From the NCBI GenBank assembly GCA_964016885.1, contig OZ024743.1, positions 164,920,001-164,984,000 of the forward strand: a stretch of 64,000 nucleotides of DNA, given 5' to 3'. The stretch is from Eledone cirrhosa. Its lineage: Eukaryota. Position 1 is the first letter of the stretch, and every line of letters starts with the position of its first letter. A program made the position numbers and the translations under genes. Below the pieces are notes generated by a model. That model was not told the origin of the DNA. It ran no database searches and saw only the letters and a list, made by a program, of their open reading frames with translations. Below are positions 49,808 through 64,000 of this stretch, piece after piece.

Positions 49808-52800
49808 TCTTTATTAGCAACACAGGGCTCACATTAAGGGAACATTAAAGACAATATAGCATAATAAGTGTGGGTTCTTCTTAGTGTAAAATAAAATTTG
49901 TAAAAGAGACTAAGAAAATAAACATTTAAAACAAACATAACAACTTCCCCAAAGGTGAAGAGACTCAAGGGTCACTCGTGTAGAAATCCTACAAAAGCCA
50001 CAGTCACCCTCTCCTCTAGGGCAAAGTGCGCTATCCCAGTTATTCTATTCCAATCAACAGGTGTATGCTCAAAGAGGCCCATTCACACGGACCCTGCTCG
50101 CCACTCTCACCCACCTTTCAACAAACTGGTTAGAAGACAACACTTCCCTCTCCACCCTCATTTTCCTCTTCAAGTGAAATCTGAAAAAGTTAATCAGAGC
50201 TTCACCGAAGAGGAAAATGGCTCTCTTCAACCCTTTCAAACGCGTCCACCACATGACCTCTTTCGCCATGGCTACCAGGCAGATAAAAACTGCCTGTCCT
50301 TCCCCTTTAAAGAAGGACAGCGGGATGATCTTCACAATGGACTCAGTTGATAGTCGGATCCATCCTACAGTTGGTGCTCGACATAAACTCACAGGTCAGC
50401 AATACTCGTACACTCGACGAGTGCATGCGGGAAGGTTTCGTCGCCCTGCGCGCACCTCAGACAGGCCAGCCTTACGGCAAAACCATTCCCGTGGAATTTA
50501 TCTCGAATTGACAAAGCTCCTCGGTAGCACTGCAAGGCCAGGGATTTCTGGAAGTTATCTATGGGCCATGGACCGAAAGTCCACTGGAAAAGAGTGGCTA
50601 ATTGATTTTCGTCAACGCCCAGAGACTCCCCATGGCTGAGGGCTGAGAGTGCTTGAAGACATTCCAGTCTCCAAACGTTCCGTCTCCGTCTTCGCTTGAC
50701 ATAAGATTGTAGTTCCATCAAGGAGATGAGTTGGGGGAAAACGTATCCAACGAACGGCGACCACACCTGTTCACCATCTAGCGCCTTTTTGCGCATCATA
50801 AGTCACAACAAACACACTCCTCCACGTAGTGGATGTTGAAATCAGATGGACCGCCTGACCAATGCAATCAGGCCCCTCCACATATAATGAAAGAGTAGAC
50901 GCTCCTGTGCATTCAAACGTGGGCTAGGACAAGGCACGATAGCCAGGCGGTAGTAGATGACGAGCGCGATGTACGTGTTCACCACCTCTGCCCGGCCTTT
51001 CAAGGATAGCTTCCTATCGGCCATTTCTAGGTGAGAGAAGCCACCTTCCACGTTAACTCATCCCAGTTTTTGTCCATCTGGAAGTCCGGTCCAAACCAGA
51101 CCCCAAGTAATTTAACTGGTCCGTCCGTCCAGCGCCCAACGACGCATGGACCTGCCTCTCCAGGTGCCGAGCTGCAGGTTCACCGACTTTCCCTGGTTGA
51201 TTGTTGCTCCTGTTACCGTTTAGTACTCCCTAAGAGTGTTGCCGATCATCTCAATGTGTTTGCCGTTCGACATCACTACAGTGATGTCGTTGGCATATGC
51301 TGGCACGGATCTCCCACGTCCTAGTGCGCGCGGGATGCCTCGCAAAGTCTCCAATTTGTGTAGTAATGGCTCAAGAGTCAACAGATACAAAAGGGACGAG
51401 AGGGAACAACTTTTGCGAACCAAGCGTATGATGTTGAATGGTTCTGAAACACAGAGCAGATTTCGCTGTGCATTGCAGAGATCCAGCTCCTGAAACGGGT
51501 CCAAAGCCTACTGTTTTGAGGGCGAACGCAAGGTAGCCATGGTCAACCCTATCATAAGCCTTTGATTGATCTAAATTTATCAGGGCTCCACCCGTGCCAA
51601 GTTCCTTAGCCACCTATGTAATGTATTGCTTGAAGTGGAGCTGGTCGAGGATGAACCAGTCCGGAATGGCGTATGTTTGCGCCTCCTCTACCATACCACC
51701 AATGACAAGCGCCTATCTCGTTGCTAATACCTTGACAATTTCAGAGTTATAGGCCTGAAATTGCCTACATGCTTCCCCTTGTTCGGGTCCTTTCTCAACA
51801 GCACTACTGCTCCTCGCCTCACAGAACTGGGAATTCTCCCTTCCTGCTGCCAGTTGCGTAGACATCTGCTAAGATATCAGCGAACAAGTCTGGTCTGTTT
51901 GTGTAAAGTTCATACAGCAGACCATCTAAGCCAGGGGATTTGCCCCTCGTGCAGCTTGCGATTGCGTCCCCTATTTCCTCAGCTGTTATCGGCTTTTCGC
52001 CGTGGTAGGCTCTCAAATCCATCCCTCAATCCGACCAGCCACCGCTCCCAAACATTTGAGTGTCGCTGAAAGACCTCACACATTTCCTTGGGATCAAGTA
52101 CCATGCGCCCGTCATGGTCTGCCAAAGATTGGTTTGTGGTTTTGTTGCCACGCCTCGCCTCCACCACCAGTGCCCATTGAACGACTTCTGTCCCCTCATG
52201 TCCAAGATCATACACTTTTGCTCTAACAGCACAGCCTTCATACTTAGCATTGAAGAATTGGTCCAGAGCCAATCTCACCGCGAGCACGTTGACTGTGATG
52301 CCTTTAGTAAGTGCCTCTTCTAGTTTTCTAACTAGATCTCCCTCTACTTTAATTTTGTCTATCATTTCAACCTAACTAAACGTTATCTATTCTCTCTAAT
52401 ACCCCCTTTTAGGGTGAACCACCATTTGTTGTTGACGATTGCTCCCGTCAATGCTCGCCTAACTAATTTACTGATCCAGTCTTTGTAGTTGTTGTGCACC
52501 GGGAATGAGGCGTTTAGCTTCCAGTACCCAGATCCCTAGTTATGAAACCTATCTAGATTTACCACAAATATCACAAATTTATGGTCTGTGTAATCGACTA
52601 CTTTGAATTGTGGACAACTTTACTAGACTTACAGAATACCCTATCTAAATACGATATAGATGACCTGATCCAGTTTGTCCATTCCACATTGGCACATTCT
52701 GGAAATCCAGTCGGTACCTGTCAAACAGTTGGAAGCGTCTGGGCAGGTTTGCGAGGCTTTTACACCCTCATCCCCTATCTGCTCGTCTCACACAATCCCA

Positions 52801-53650
52801 ACGTGCATCCAAGATACCGTTCTAGTCGCCAACTAACCTTAAAGAGCGGGCGGGACGTTCCTAGAAAGGTCTCAAGGCATCTGAAGTATAGCCTTCGCTG
52901 CTGGTCACGTCCAGCACCACCAACTTACCTTCTGGATCCAGGAAGATGGTCCATATCGCAATATCTTGGCCTTTCCGAAATAGCACAGCAACTCTGCCCC
53001 CAGATCCGGGACGGCTTGGAGAAGCGTACACCTTGTAACCGCCGAATTTGGGTGTAAAAGTTCGTACATTGGAAATTCTGGATTTGCTGATGGCCACCAC
53101 ATCTATGTTTAGTGACATGAAGTTGTTGAGCAGGTGACCCTGCTACCAAGTCAATCCCAGGCCACGTACATTTACACTGCCTATCCTGAATGAAGCCATG
53201 TTCGATGAAGAGGAGGAAAAAGTGGGAAAGGTATTTTGGGGTAAGACGGTTAGTCCGTCCCCCTGGTCACATGTGGGTTCGTTTACAAGTATGTCTCCAT
53301 ATATCCTTCTGGAGAGTGTACTTCGGAATTGTTTTTAAATGTGTGTACGTTTTTTATTTATGTTTGTAATTTTTATGTGTGTAGGTGGTGTGAATGTTTG
53401 AGATGTTTTTGGTGTCTGCTGTGTCTATTGTGGTGGTGGTGGAGGTGGGGTGATGGTGGGAGTGGTGATGGTGGTGCTGGTGACGTTGGTGTAGGTGTTG
53501 GTAATAGTTGCTTTTTTTCCCCTTTTTTTAGGGTGAAGTTAGAGTTTTCTGTTTTTGTTATTGTGAAAGACGGTTTTTCACTCCTCACCGTCACAATTTG
53601 TTTCCAATTGTGTGATGTCGGATAGGGACGTTTTCGCATGGATGTTGATG
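49808..53650 (-). mobile_element. Older degraded Tx1-clade LINE (copy E)
   Basis: GGALINLDQSKAYD, LSLKGRAEV, DNFQKSLA and KKQLLPTP match copies C and D. The 3' end AATAAAGAAT runs into (ACT)n/(AAT)n at 49715-49806. Confidence 0.88.
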
Positions 53651-53669
53651 TTGGTGGTGGTGCTGTTGC

Positions 53670-53851
53670 TTGGTTTGGCAGTATTGGTAGAGCGTCAGAC
53701 ACCATGCTTTGCAGCATAGAGTTATGGCCTTTTACGTTCAGTGTTCAAATCCCGCCGAGGTTAGCTTTGCCTTTCATCCTTACGGGGTCGATAAAATAAA
53801 GCACCAGTAATCCACTGGGTAATTGCTGGCCTTGTGCCTTAAGTAGAAACA
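53670..53851 (+). mobile_element. tRNA-derived SINE
   Basis: Same family as 7067 and 24093. Confidence 0.85.
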
Positions 53852-53852
53852 A

Positions 53853-54690
53853 TTATTATTATTATTTCCATTATTATTTTTATTGCACATCATTACTGCT
53901 TTACAGCTCTGTGTGCCTTAGGTATGAGCAGTGCAGTTTTCACTGATATTGTTTCTATTGTATTGTTAGTACTTTTCGTAATATGTGTGCAGTGCCTAGT
54001 AGTACTATCTTTTGTATACTGTATATATTTGTAAGTACTGGGGTTTTAGCTATATATTTGTCTGTGTTTTTTATCATTCCTAGAGCACCTATTATTATAG
54101 GTGTTGTTTGTTTTCATTTTCCACTTTCGAGTTATTTTGGAAGATATATTGTCATCTGTGGGGATAGATACATCTATCAGAAGGCATTTTTTTTCTTTTG
54201 TGGTCTTTGACTATAATATCTGGTCGGTTGGTCTTGATCTCTCTGTCTGTATGTATTGGCATATCCCAGAGAATGGTTGCTTTGTTATTCTCTGATACTT
54301 TTTTATGGTGTGTGTTTGTACCATCTTTTTCTGTTGGTATTTCATAATGTTGGCATAACTTCCAGTGTATGAATGTCCAAACTCCAAATGTCTGGTTATA
54401 TTCCTTTTTGGCTAGAGCTGGGCATCCAGGGACAATGTGATTAATTGTTTCTTCCCTATCTCCACATATTCTATAGTTACTTATAGGGTTTTGTTTCATT
54501 ATGTACTTCTGGTAGTTTCTGGTGGGTACATTCTGATTCTGCTCTGCAATTAGAAATCCTTCTGTCTCAGTTTTTAGTCGAGTACTTCGGAGTCAGTTTT
54601 GTGTGTTTTCTTTTTCTACTTCCTTTCTATTTAGCTTTTGGGGGTATTGGCCATGTAAGGATTTCTCTTGCCATCGTTTTAACATGGCAT
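53853..54690 (-). mobile_element. R4/Dong-like 3' fragment (CCHC plus restriction-like endonuclease)
   Basis: RICGDREETINHIVPGC, ILWDMPIHTD..NRPDII; ends at (TAA)n. Confidence 0.8.
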
Positions 54691-55018
54691 TCTGGATTAA
54701 TGTGGCGAGAATGGCCCATGTGAGTGGGCTTACTCTGACCATGCGCCTATAGTCTAGCTAACTTGAGGAGTAGAGGGGTGCCCTAGAAGCGCCGGGTGAT
54801 TCAGGATTGGGGAATTTGTTTGGTTATATTTATACATAATTTATTTTATATTTTTTATATTTTCATTATTAAATTAGTCTTGCCATTGTGCACTTTTACT
54901 CGACCTTATTGTAAACCCCACTGTCCGTGTCTTTGTATTGTACCCTACATGTCGGCCCTTGTGGCCAATAAATGAAATCATCGTTATTATCATTATTATT
55001 ATTATTATTATTATTATA
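54690..55018 (+). mobile_element. Tx1 3' terminal fragment (copy F)
   Basis: WINVARMAHVSG..TAG, 3' UTR GCCCTTGTGGCCAATAAA, (ATT)n tail. Confidence 0.75.
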
Positions 55019-57892
55019 AGAATATTTTTTAATGGAGTTAACATGTAAAATATCTCATAATGGGTAGAGCTGGAATAATTCATCAGAAGGAACAAATGAA
55101 ATTATATTAAATGTAAAAATACTGATTATATTATAAATATTCACTACATCAACATCCTCATCACCACCACCACTATCATTTCAATCATCAACATCATCAC
55201 CATCACCATCACCACATAATGGTTATGATGAGCTGGGGGTAATGATGATGATGATGGTAGTGGTGGTGGTGGCGGTGCTAGTGGTTGTGGAAGTGGTGGT
55301 GGTGGTGGTGGTGGTGACGATGTTGGTATAGGTGATGTTGATGTTGATGCTGATGAAGACAATGAAGGTGATGAAGGAATTAAGTAAAATTATTGAAAAA
55401 GAAAATCCTAATCTCAAAGACATAACAGGATATGTCTTTGGAAAATTCTGAATGAAATTTAAAAATTAAGTTATTTTTTCTTTTTCTTCAATTGATGCTT
55501 GGAAATTGAAATAAATAAATAGATAAATAAGAAAGAGGGAGAGAAAAGGGGAAAGAGGTAGACACAAGAAATGGAAGAAAAAGAATGAAAGATGATTGTA
55601 TTTGAAGGTAGGGAAATGTGACATTGGTTGACATAGTTGTTAGAATTATGGCTTTGGAGAAATAATTGGGTTTTCCACATCATTTGGAACACATTTCTGT
55701 GTCACTTTAGAGTAGGGATTCTCAAACAGGAGGCACTTACCTCACAAAGGAGCAATTTTAAACAAGAAAGGAATTGAGAAGTCCAAATTGGGGAAAAATA
55801 GTGCACATTGTGTATATAATCAAACGAAATATTAATTTACACAACTAAAGTGAACATTGTGTATATATTAAATGAAACACTAATATACCCAACTATATTA
55901 TACATTGTGTGTATATTAAATGATATGCCAATATACACCACTATAGTGTATATATCAAATGAAATACTAATATACCCAACTGTAGTATATATTGTGTATA
56001 TATATCAACTAATATACCTAAATGATCACAAATTAACAGTTCACAAAATCTGTTGCTTTAGATTTAATCTTGTTTAGAACTATAAATTATTAAGGTTTGA
56101 AAAGCTTTCCTAACTTAATATTGTGCTTGGGTGAAACCTTACTAGATGACAATTCAAAATGTGGCAAGAATTGAGGAAACTTGGGATTGTTAGAGGATGA
56201 ATGTAACCTGGGTCACTGAGAACTACTGCTTTAAAGATAATAGATTTAACATTGACACAAGGACCGATTTTCAAGGAGAGATCAATTAAAGAATTGATTG
56301 AGTTAAGCCTAGTACATTACTGAGAGCCTCTCCAAAATTGTTCAGTCTTTTAAAAATGGCTGCCAAAAATCTCACTCAAATCACATCTTACTGTCTTAAA
56401 ATTAGAGAATTCAGTGTTTGATATACTGTGTTTCGACATGTCTTGAATGCTTTTAGTCACACGTGCAAGTGGCTATGCATTCCATAGCCATTCTTTAGTG
56501 AAATTCAGCATGGGACAAATGTGTGACAATTATATTTTGCCAGCTGAATAGACTGAGATAATGTGAAATAAAGTGTCTTGCTTAAGAACACAATGCACGT
56601 TATACAATTATGAGTCAAACACCCTAACTACTAAACTATATACCTTTATATGAATGTGTGAAAAAAATTACAACTCATACCTATGCAGGTTTAACTAGCC
56701 ACATACAAGGTTGTATCTCATAGAAGGTTTCTTGGGTGTTTTAATGACCCCCTATGAGGTTGGATCTTATAAGCAGTTTCTCAGGTTGTTTAACGATAGG
56801 AGCCTCAGTCCTAGTATGAAAAGCAATATGAAATGAAGTGTTTTGCTCAAGAACACGTTACCTGGACAAAAAACTGAACCCACAACCATATACAATAGCA
56901 AGCTGAACACCCTAACCCACACATTTTCATGTGAGTGTGTGTGAATGTGCATAAACTAATAAGAGGTAGATTGGTTGTTGTTCTTTTTTTTTTCTTTTCA
57001 TTAAAAAAAATTTAAGAAGATGTGTGAGGAGAGAATCAAGTGTGATTATTTGGTCAAGTATAAAAAAACATTCAGTGACTAACGACTAATGAGTGTTAAC
57101 ATGCTGACCTACATTTCTAAGAGAGTCAATTAAATGTTCGATCTGTCCTCCAAATTCCACCAATTAGATTTTTAATAGACAATTGACATTTTCATTTCTT
57201 TCTTCCTTTCCTCTCTCTCTCAAATTTACATTCTTCTCTTCCACCCTTATATTTCAATTTAGTTTTTTCATCAAGTGTCTCCACTTAATTCTTCTTTTCG
57301 TTTTGTTCCCTTTCTGTTTTTGTTTCTTGCTTTTTGTTTTTGGTTCATTCCGTTTTTTGTTTTGTATTATTTTATTCATTTATTTCTAGAACTTTCTTCA
57401 CTTTAAGTCTCAGTCTTCATTAATGCTTGTCAAGTCTTTTCATCATAAATTTAACACATGAATCCATTTAAACTCATTCAAAGTATTTTTTTTATCATCG
57501 CCACCACCACCATCATCATTACATCACAGTTACCTTCATCATCATCACATCAGTTACCTTCACCATCATCATCATCCTAACCACCACCACCATCATCACA
57601 TCACAGTTACCTTCCTCATAATCATAACCACCACCATCATGTTTTTAAATCACCATCCTTTACTTCTCGTTTCATTAACTCTTTAAAAAAAATAAAATCC
57701 AATATTAAATTGCATGAGCCATGTTTCATTTTTTCTTATTTCAATACAAAATAAAAATAAAAAATGATGAAAGAAAGATACAAATTTAGATACCTTGATT
57801 ATCATAGCAATAATTTACCAGCACCTACCTGTATACCTAACGTATCCATTTTCTTTTAATGTTCCAATTGAAGAAGATGAAGAGGAAAAGGG

Positions 57893-58920
57893 AATAATAA
57901 CAATAATAATAATGTTTTCTTTATTGACCACAAAGGGTTTACAAAATATACATTAAGTACTGTACAGGGCGGTACAATGTAGATTTCTGCATATAAAAAT
58001 GAGTATAAAACAAAAACAAAGAATGTAACAAAACAATAGAAACAAAAGAAAATTCAAAAATAGGGAGGAGACTTCCAAGGGTTACTTGTGGAGAAAGCCC
58101 ACAAAAGCCACAGTGAATCTGATGGCCAGGGCAAGTGTCCTCTCCCAGGTGTCCTCCCCGAATCTAAAGACACTCGCTCAGAGCAGGCCCATTCACATAC
58201 TCGCCTCTTTCATCCACCTTTCAACAAATTGTCTGAAGAAGTTAATCAGGGAGTTACCTTTTCAGACATGACCACCATATGACCTCTTTCGCTATGGCCA
58301 CCAGACAGACAAAAACAGCCTGCTCTTCCTGGCTAAGGAAGTGTGGCTGAGCAATGTTGACGATGGCTTCAGTTGACAGTTGGATCCATCCCACATCTGA
58401 CAACAGGTGTTCGAGATAAACCCACAAGCCAGTGATACTTGGACACGAGATGAGTGCATGCATGGTGGTTTCGTCGCCCAGCGCGCAACTTGGACATACC
58501 TGGCTGATATCACTTTCATCCCAATGGATGTCTGGAAGTTATCCATTGGCCCTGGATCAAAAGTCCTGCAGAAGAGAATGGCTAGTTGATTTTCATCGAC
58601 ACCCAGAGTTTCCACAAGAACGTTGTCGCTTTTATCATTCACTAACCCTCTATAGAACGCCAAGGTGGAGTTTCCACTAATCCTAGTGCCCAATTGGCTG
58701 AGGGCTGTAAGCACTTGAAGACATTCTAGCTTCCAAGCTCTCCCCCTAGGGCTCTGCTTGACTCAGGACTGCAGCTCCGTCAAACAGATGAATTGGGGGG
58801 GGGGGGGAATGTGCCTAGCAAATAGTGCCCACACATGTTCATCGTTCAAGAAAGCCTGAAGATGTCATATCCTTAGCCTATGTCTGTGCATCATCAGCCA
58901 GAGCATGCCCAGTCCAACAC
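57893..58920 (-). mobile_element. Tx1 3' fragment (copy G)
   Basis: FYRGLV..ETLGVDE..PGPMDNFQ, AKEVIWW; ACCCTTTGTGGTCAATAAAG then (ATT)n. Confidence 0.82.
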
Positions 58921-59645
58921 TAGCGTGAATTTTGGACAACCTATGTAAAACTTATCTATTTCCTTACAAAATATCCTATCTAGATACGATATGGATTGCA
59001 GCTCAATTGAATTTAAACGTGTAATAAGAAACATATACTATAACGTGAAGTGATATCTTACTTAGCAGCAACAACAACAAAAACAAACCTGACAATCATA
59101 AGAAAGAAAAAAGGGCAAGAAAGTTGTAAAATGGTAAATACATTCCCAAATCTCTTCAGTTGAAAAACAAATTTCTAACGACCACCCTGTTATTTAACTA
59201 TTGTTCTTTGACGTGAAACAAATGAGAACACATAAATATCTTCCGGTATAACAAGTCACTCTATTGCAAGTAACATTTAGCAGATACCAACTTCTGAGAG
59301 TTATGTAGAGCCAATACAATACAAAATGTACCAAATCTTTCCCAAGAACTAAGGTGAGCTGATATGATGCAGGATAAAATATCTGACTAGAAACATTATA
59401 GAATGCAATTTCCCAGATCTTTTAATCATTGGCAGATTAAGTTTGCATTGGGTCCCTGGCTGAAAGTTTCATTGGGGCAAAAACTTAATTTGGAGCCCTT
59501 TAAATATGATAGGTTCTCTGGATCAGTCAGCTCCTACATCTAATCTGTTACCCATTCCAAAAGCTGGCGTTAGTTAAGATGATGTAGAACAAAGTAGTTG
59601 AGCTGGAAACACTATGAGATGCAGTTTTCCAGATCTTTTTATGCC

Positions 59646-59935
59646 TGTTCCCTGGATTTAAGATGAGTTGTGTGAGTGTACGACGCACCCCTAGCGAGAA
59701 TAGGGTGAACCACTACATATAAATAATAGCAGCCTGAGTAAGTGGGGAAGTTGGTACCAGTTCCACAGTTCGTGTGTTGATAGTCGAAGCTGGAATTCAA
59801 GTTAACAGTTCGAGTTAGCGTGTTGGGTTGTTGGTTCTTAAAAGATTGTTGTTCCGTTACGTGTGGTTATTGCCATTTTGTTTCGATTATATTGTTATTA
59901 CACTGTTCCATAAGGATATAACATCTGGCAACGAA
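59646..59935 (+). repeat. Putative 5' LTR (TGTT..AACA, to 59923) and primer binding site TGGCAACGA
   Basis: TG..CA ends, internal TATAAA, PBS 2 nt downstream. The second LTR is not in the window, so the start is tentative. Confidence 0.6.
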
Positions 59936-61216
59936 GACTGTTCGAAACTCGCATTGATTATTTGACAATTTCTGCGTCATGGAAAACCTATTAGCCGCAG
60001 TAGTACAGCTTCAAGAGAAGCAACAGGAACAACTACAGGAGTTGAAAAAACAAATACAACAACAACAACAACAATTAATTGAGTTACAGTCGACGAAGTC
60101 CGAAAATCCAGTAAGCGCGTTCACGCCAGGCTAACCCAATTTCTGAATTTACGTATAATCCGGAGGAGGGTATTACGTTTCCTGCGTATTATGGAATATA
60201 CGAGGAAATTTTTAACAACGAATGTTAGTCATGATCGGAGGAGCAGAAAGTAAGGCATTTACTACGCAAGGTAGCTCCTGCCGAACATGAGAGTTACTGT
60301 AGCTTTATTCTGCCCAAAAATTAGAGTGAGATTGGTTTCCAAGAAACCGCGGAATTGCTTTCAAAACTGTTTTGTGATAGTTCATTGTTTAACACCAGAA
60401 TGAAGTGTTGGAACTTAACAAAAAACGAGGAGGAGGATTTTATCACCTACGCCGGAGTAGCCAACCGTATGTGCGAAAATTTCAAACTCCAGGATCTGAC
60501 TCGAGTTATGTTCAAATCACTTATCTTCGTGCAAGGACTTATAGCACCTGAAGATTAAGAAATTTGAGCAAAGATTCTCTCGAAAATGGAGCAAGCAAAC
60601 CAATATTTATCTCTACAGACCATCACAGAAGAGTGTCAGACTATGGTAAATCTTAAACATGATGTGAAAAAAATACAAGATAAAGACTGCAAAAATTCAA
60701 ATGTATCGTCCCGGGAAGCACAATAAAAAAAAAAGCGTCTGGCCCCAATCTGTGTTATGGTTGTGGAGGCCTACACTATAAAAAGGATTGTCCGTTTAAA
60801 TACCAAAAATGCTATAGTTGTCAGAAGCTGGAACACAAGAGTTCTCACTGTAGAACAAGACTACGAGGCTCAAACATAAAAAGTTCTAAGGTGTTTTCAG
60901 CGGAGAGTGATTGCGTCAGAAAAACAAGAAAATACGTGCACGTAAAAATAAATACCAAAAAACGTGAATACCAAATTACAGTTAGACATGGGTAATGATA
61001 TCTTGATTATAAATGCGGATATTGTAAAAAAAAATTGGTGAACCAAGATTACGTAAAATAGCGCGTAGTGGGTAAAACATATATCGACGTCACATTTCGT
61101 GGAGAGACACACGAAGCAAAATTATTCGTTGTGAATAATACAATCGATCCGTTCGGCACAGATTGGTTGGAACTATTCGATTTATGGCACCTCCCCATAA
61201 ATCTTTACTGCAATGG

Positions 61217-61778
61217 ACGCTGCAGGCTTCCCTTCCCAGTTCGAGTCGGTGGGGCTGGATCGAGGGGACGGCAAAAGGCCAGATGGCATGACCATCTTCC
61301 CGTTCTGCGGTGGCAAACCCCTCGTCTGGGATGCCACTTGCACCGAGACTTTCTGCAGCCGCAACCTAGTAGTCTGCAACTGACCCAGGTTCTGCTGCAT
61401 GTCGGGCTGAGGGGGCCAAACTCCTCAAATACCGGTCGCTCTCCGACAGGTTTGCGGTCGTTCCCCTGGCAGTGGAGACTTCTGGTGTCCTCGGCTCCAG
61501 GGCTACCTCCTTACTCACCACCATAGGCGCTGAGCTGGCCAGCCGCAGGTGTGAGCCCCGCGAGTTGGAGTGGCTTTTCCAGCGCGTCTCCCTTGCCGTC
61601 CTCCGGGGAAACGCCTTCTCCATTCTGTCCGCCGGGGCTGTGGGTGGGCCCCATCGCGTACCATTACATTAGTTAAATACCATTCTTTCATCACAAAGAA
61701 ATTATATTGCTCAATACTTAGATGTACATTACAAATGGAAACTTAGAAAATTAGACCACCACCATGAGTAAATATATA
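61217..61778 (+). mobile_element. CRE-like non-LTR 3' fragment (restriction-like endonuclease) nested in the Gypsy element
   Basis: RPDGMTIFPF.GGKPLVWDATC; VPLAVETSG..LFQRVSLAVLRGNA. GC-rich and flanked by AATGG direct repeats. Confidence 0.75.
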
Positions 61779-64000
61779 AATGGTTATCCCGTTAAAAACA
61801 AATCTTCGGAAGAGCTGAAGAATAAATTGAAAAAAATGTTCCCGCAAGTGTTGTCAGAGGATTTAGGTCTATGTAGAAAAATGGAAGCCTATTTTCAAGT
61901 AAGTGATAATGCGGTACCTGTATTTAAGGCAAACAGAAAAGTACTGTTCGCTGCAATTGAAACTGTAAATGAAGAGTTGGACAGACTAGAAAACAGTGGA
62001 GTCATCAAAAAGGTGGAATAGTCGAAGTGGGCGGCACCCACGGTATGTATTAAAAAAAAAAAAGATGAGGATGTGTACCAATTTCTCTACAGGATTGAAT
62101 GACTGCTTAAAAACTTTTCCACCATTTAACTTTTTTCAAAGTTAAATGGTGGAAAAGTTTTTTCCAAAATAGATCTGTCGGAAGCCTATTTACAGGTAGA
62201 TGAAAAATACTCGAAGTATTTGACAATAAATACACAAAGGATTATTCAGATACACACGACTACCTTTTGGATTCAAAGTGGCACCAGCAATATTCCAGCA
62301 AATCATGGATACTATGTTATCCGATTGTAAATTTGCAATCCCGTACTTGGACGATATTTTGATCAAGAGTAGTGGAACACATAAAAGCTGTGTTTAAGAA
62401 AATTAAAGTTTTCGGGTTCACTTTGAGTGAAGAAAAATGCGAGTTCTTTTCGCCCCAAATTGAGTACTTAGGGCAAATAATTGATAAAAGTGGTAGACAT
62501 CCTGACCCGCCGAGAGAAGACGGAATAAGGAACATGCCTGCGCCGACAAATAATCCAGCCTTACAAGCATTTCTTGGGTTGGCAAACTATTATCAAAGCT
62601 ACATTCCTAATATGTACAAGTTAAAAACTCCATTGAACGATTTATTAAAAAAAAGGAGTAAAGTGGAATTGGTCCACTAAATGCCAGAACACTTTTGAAG
62701 AAATAAAAACAATTCTAATCTCAGACCTGTCGTTAGCACATTATGATCCCAAAAGGAACATCATTGTAGCGTCTGATGCTTCCGAACACGTATTAAGAGC
62801 AGTTCTACTTCATAAATACTAAGACAGAAGTACAAAACCAGCGACCGAGAAGATATATGGTCAAATTGAAAAAGAGGCCCTAACAATTATTTTTGCAGTT
62901 AACAAATTTCACAGGTTTCTGCATCGTAGAAGTTTTTTTATTGCAAACAGACCATAGACCTTTGCTGTCGATATATGGGTCTAAAAAAAGTTTACCGACT
63001 CATACTGTGAACCGCCTGCAACGTTGGGGTGTAATATTACTAAATTATAATTTCAAAATGAAATACATTCCATCGAAAAAAATCGGTCATGCAGACTGAT
63101 TTCGAGATTAATTCCAAAAAATATGGAACCACTAGAAGAGACTTATAGCCACACTGTAGCCAGAATGTGAAATTAAAAGTGTTATGACGAACGTTATCCA
63201 AGAACTACCAGTGACTGCACAGGATATAAGAATGAAAGCTGTGGGTAATGAGTATATTACGAAAATGAAAGAAACTTTAAAAAATAAACAGAATAAAAAT
63301 TCAGATGCTAGTAGTTTTTCAATTTGCGACGATATTCTTATGTATGCCCAAAGTGGTGGTTCCAACTACATTACAAAAAGGTGTATTGCAACAATTTCAC
63401 AGCGGACATCCAGGAACGGTAAGGATGAAAGTACTTAGGAAGAGTTACGTCAATTGGCCATCTATGGACCGAGATATTGAAAACTTGGTGAGAACGTGCC
63501 GAAGTTGCACGCTCGCGGCAAAAGCCGCGCCGATAAAATATCAATCGTGGCCAGAGGTAGAGAACCCATGGTCTAGGGTACACATTGACTATGCCGGACC
63601 GGTAAACGGTGCTTACTACATAATCGTAGTAGATAGCTGTATTAAGTGGCTAGAGGTTTGCAGTTGCTATAGACTAACCTCTAAGACAACTATAAAATTC
63701 TTATATGAATTGTTTGCGCGATACGTGGTCCCTGACATGCTAGTTTCAGACAACGGAACGCAGTTCACTGGGCAAGAATTCTAGAACTTCTATAAAAGGC
63801 ATGCGATAAAGCATATTTTCACTCCCCCTACCACCCGAGGTCAAACGGGCATGTAGAAAGATTTGTGGACACCTTTAAGAGAGCGTTAAGAAAAGCGAGA
63901 AATGAATTAAATAACTACGAAGCACTGACAAATTTCTTAATATACAGAGTGACCCCAGATTCAAATACAAATTAAAGGAAGTCTCCTGCAGAATTCATGT

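Larger units (their letters stand above)
59646..64000 (+). mobile_element. Gypsy/Ty3 (Mag-like) LTR retrotransposon, degraded, continues past window
   Basis: gag with two CCHC knuckles (about 60752-60850), protease LQLDMG, RT PYLDD, RNase H DAS and TDHRPL, integrase HSGH..C..C, HIDYAGP, VSDNG. Confidence 0.92.

Noticed and set aside
55144-57660. Host gene in the 55-58 kb interval
   Set aside because: Only trinucleotide low-complexity ORFs are present, with no supportable exon chain.

Overview
AT-rich eukaryotic (animal) repeat-dense DNA. The SINE content and long (TA)n/(GT)n tracts suggest a mollusc such as an octopus, but this is inference. I cannot support any intact host gene. Bases 1-21 kb hold four diverged Tx1-clade LINEs, all on the + strand, in two head-to-tail pairs abutting (TATC)n. 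One has an intact 1145-aa APE-RT-CCHC ORF2. The rest of the window holds Penelope-like elements (including a Naiad-type copy), an RTE LINE, R4/Dong and CRE-like fragments, a hATm-like DNA transposon, a non-autonomous Helitron, four tRNA-derived SINEs, older Tx1 relics and a decayed Gypsy element. Two signals are not explained by the ORF track. (1) In all three near-complete + strand Tx1 copies, a consensus 5' splice donor sits at the ORF1 stop and an acceptor-like pyrimidine tract plus TAG coincides with the ORF2 stop. ORF2 therefore looks like one intron whose removal would leave an ORF1-only mRNA. (2) About 14 hammerhead ribozyme motifs from about 10 sequence families occur in palindromes, inverted repeats and a retrozyme-like direct repeat, and two carry the compensatory U3:A8 core. 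All calls were made by eye and element boundaries are approximate.
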